NCBI GenBank assembly: GCA_010015585.1
Contig: ML975166.1
Direction: 5' to 3' (one strand)
Length of the DNA stretch: 64,000 bases
Origin: Eremomyces bilateralis CBS 781.70
Taxonomy: Eukaryota
The position numbers and the translations under genes were made by a program. This document shows, piece after piece, positions 63,101 to 64,000 of this stretch (position 1 is its first letter; the number at the start of each line of letters is the position of its first letter). The notes under the pieces are model-generated. The model was not told the DNA's origin. It saw only the letters and a list, made by a program, of their open reading frames with translations, and ran no database searches.

Positions 63101-64000
63101 GGCACGCATTATGACATATCATCCGATGGCATCAGCCAAGGTGCTTGTGGAGTAAGCATGGTATTAACACGAATTGTGCATAAATGAGGACATGGAAGCT
63201 TTCGAATACGAAGGATATTTGGCACGGTTGGTTCGGAAATCCTGCTCGAACATCAATGGCTTTGAAACCCGAACAATGGAGACAGAGATTCTGTAAAGTT
63301 GAATATAGAGTGGCGGGAAACAGTGAAGAGTGAAGACCGATATCTGAAGATATCAATTCATTGGTCTGAGGCGTGCCAACTCACCGACGTCGGCAATATC
63401 CCATATTAATATCTCTCTCCTTGTGAAAGGACCATCCCACCCATTTCGAGTGTCATAGCACGTCAGCCACAATTGTTAACCATACCTACCTAGCCTACCT
63501 GCTAATCTAAAGGAAAAACGGGAAACCGCTTGGGTTAGGCAGACGCGCTCGATCGCGCTCAATGTCACGTCGCGTGTTGTTGAATGCATCGGACTTCCGT
63601 TCAAGTGTTCGCTGCTCAGGTTTTTCACTCCTGGTCCACCATCACCAGAGACCGGACTGTGCTGGGCGGTTACATGTGGAGAAAGCTAAATCATTCGTAT
63701 GGTGCATTTCCGGTCAGTATGGACCGCAACATCATGATGCATGAGAAGGATTAGCAAGCGTGCATACGCAAATGACTATTCGATTTAGCATCGGATTTCT
63801 GTCCATGACTTGAAGATGATGAAACTGTGAAGGCTGGGAAGACCGAAGAAGCTAGGACAGTGGTTCACCAATAATAGCATTATGAGACCACGATATGACC
63901 AAGGGCCCAGGTCAGATCGCTCCCCCATATTCCGTCGAGTCGGGATCATCTGGTAAAGGGGAACCCGGTTCCAATTCGCATGGGCCGGTACCGAAGTTTT

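Noticed and set aside
63530..63541. GGGTTAGG as a telomerase RNA template or telomeric repeat
   Set aside because: A single 8-mer, expected by chance; it lacks the TAACCCTAA template.

Overview
Eukaryotic, intron-containing DNA from a filamentous ascomycete (Pezizomycotina; short GT-AG introns with CTRAY branch sites). Most of the window is conserved housekeeping genes: a GPI-anchored Cu-only SOD, a Tgl3-like patatin, gluconokinase, CEF1, WDR48/UAF1-like, a GPI cupredoxin, PRP31, CLF1, GDE1, DUF866, a PPR-like protein, RPS11, SPC105, RAD2, ARG82/IPMK, TYW1 and two conserved hypothetical genes. Many of these sit as head-to-head pairs. The one accessory-type locus is a fungal NLR (HET-NB-ARC-TPR, 8005-11478). 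It has near-identical 126-nt TPR repeats running into a 718-N assembly gap and a single-base frameshift in the HET effector domain. Other notable signals: a long, highly structured SOD intron; a cupredoxin with Gln at the axial ligand position; a patatin lacking its catalytic Ser/Asp; an unannotated 61-aa ORF overlapping a long hairpin; a GC-AG intron; and several in-frame, stop-free introns. Regions of about 20.4-25.7, 27.2-32.5 and 59-64 kb are gene-poor. No tRNA, rRNA, CRISPR array or intact transposon could be supported. All calls come from reading the sequence by eye; no searches were run.
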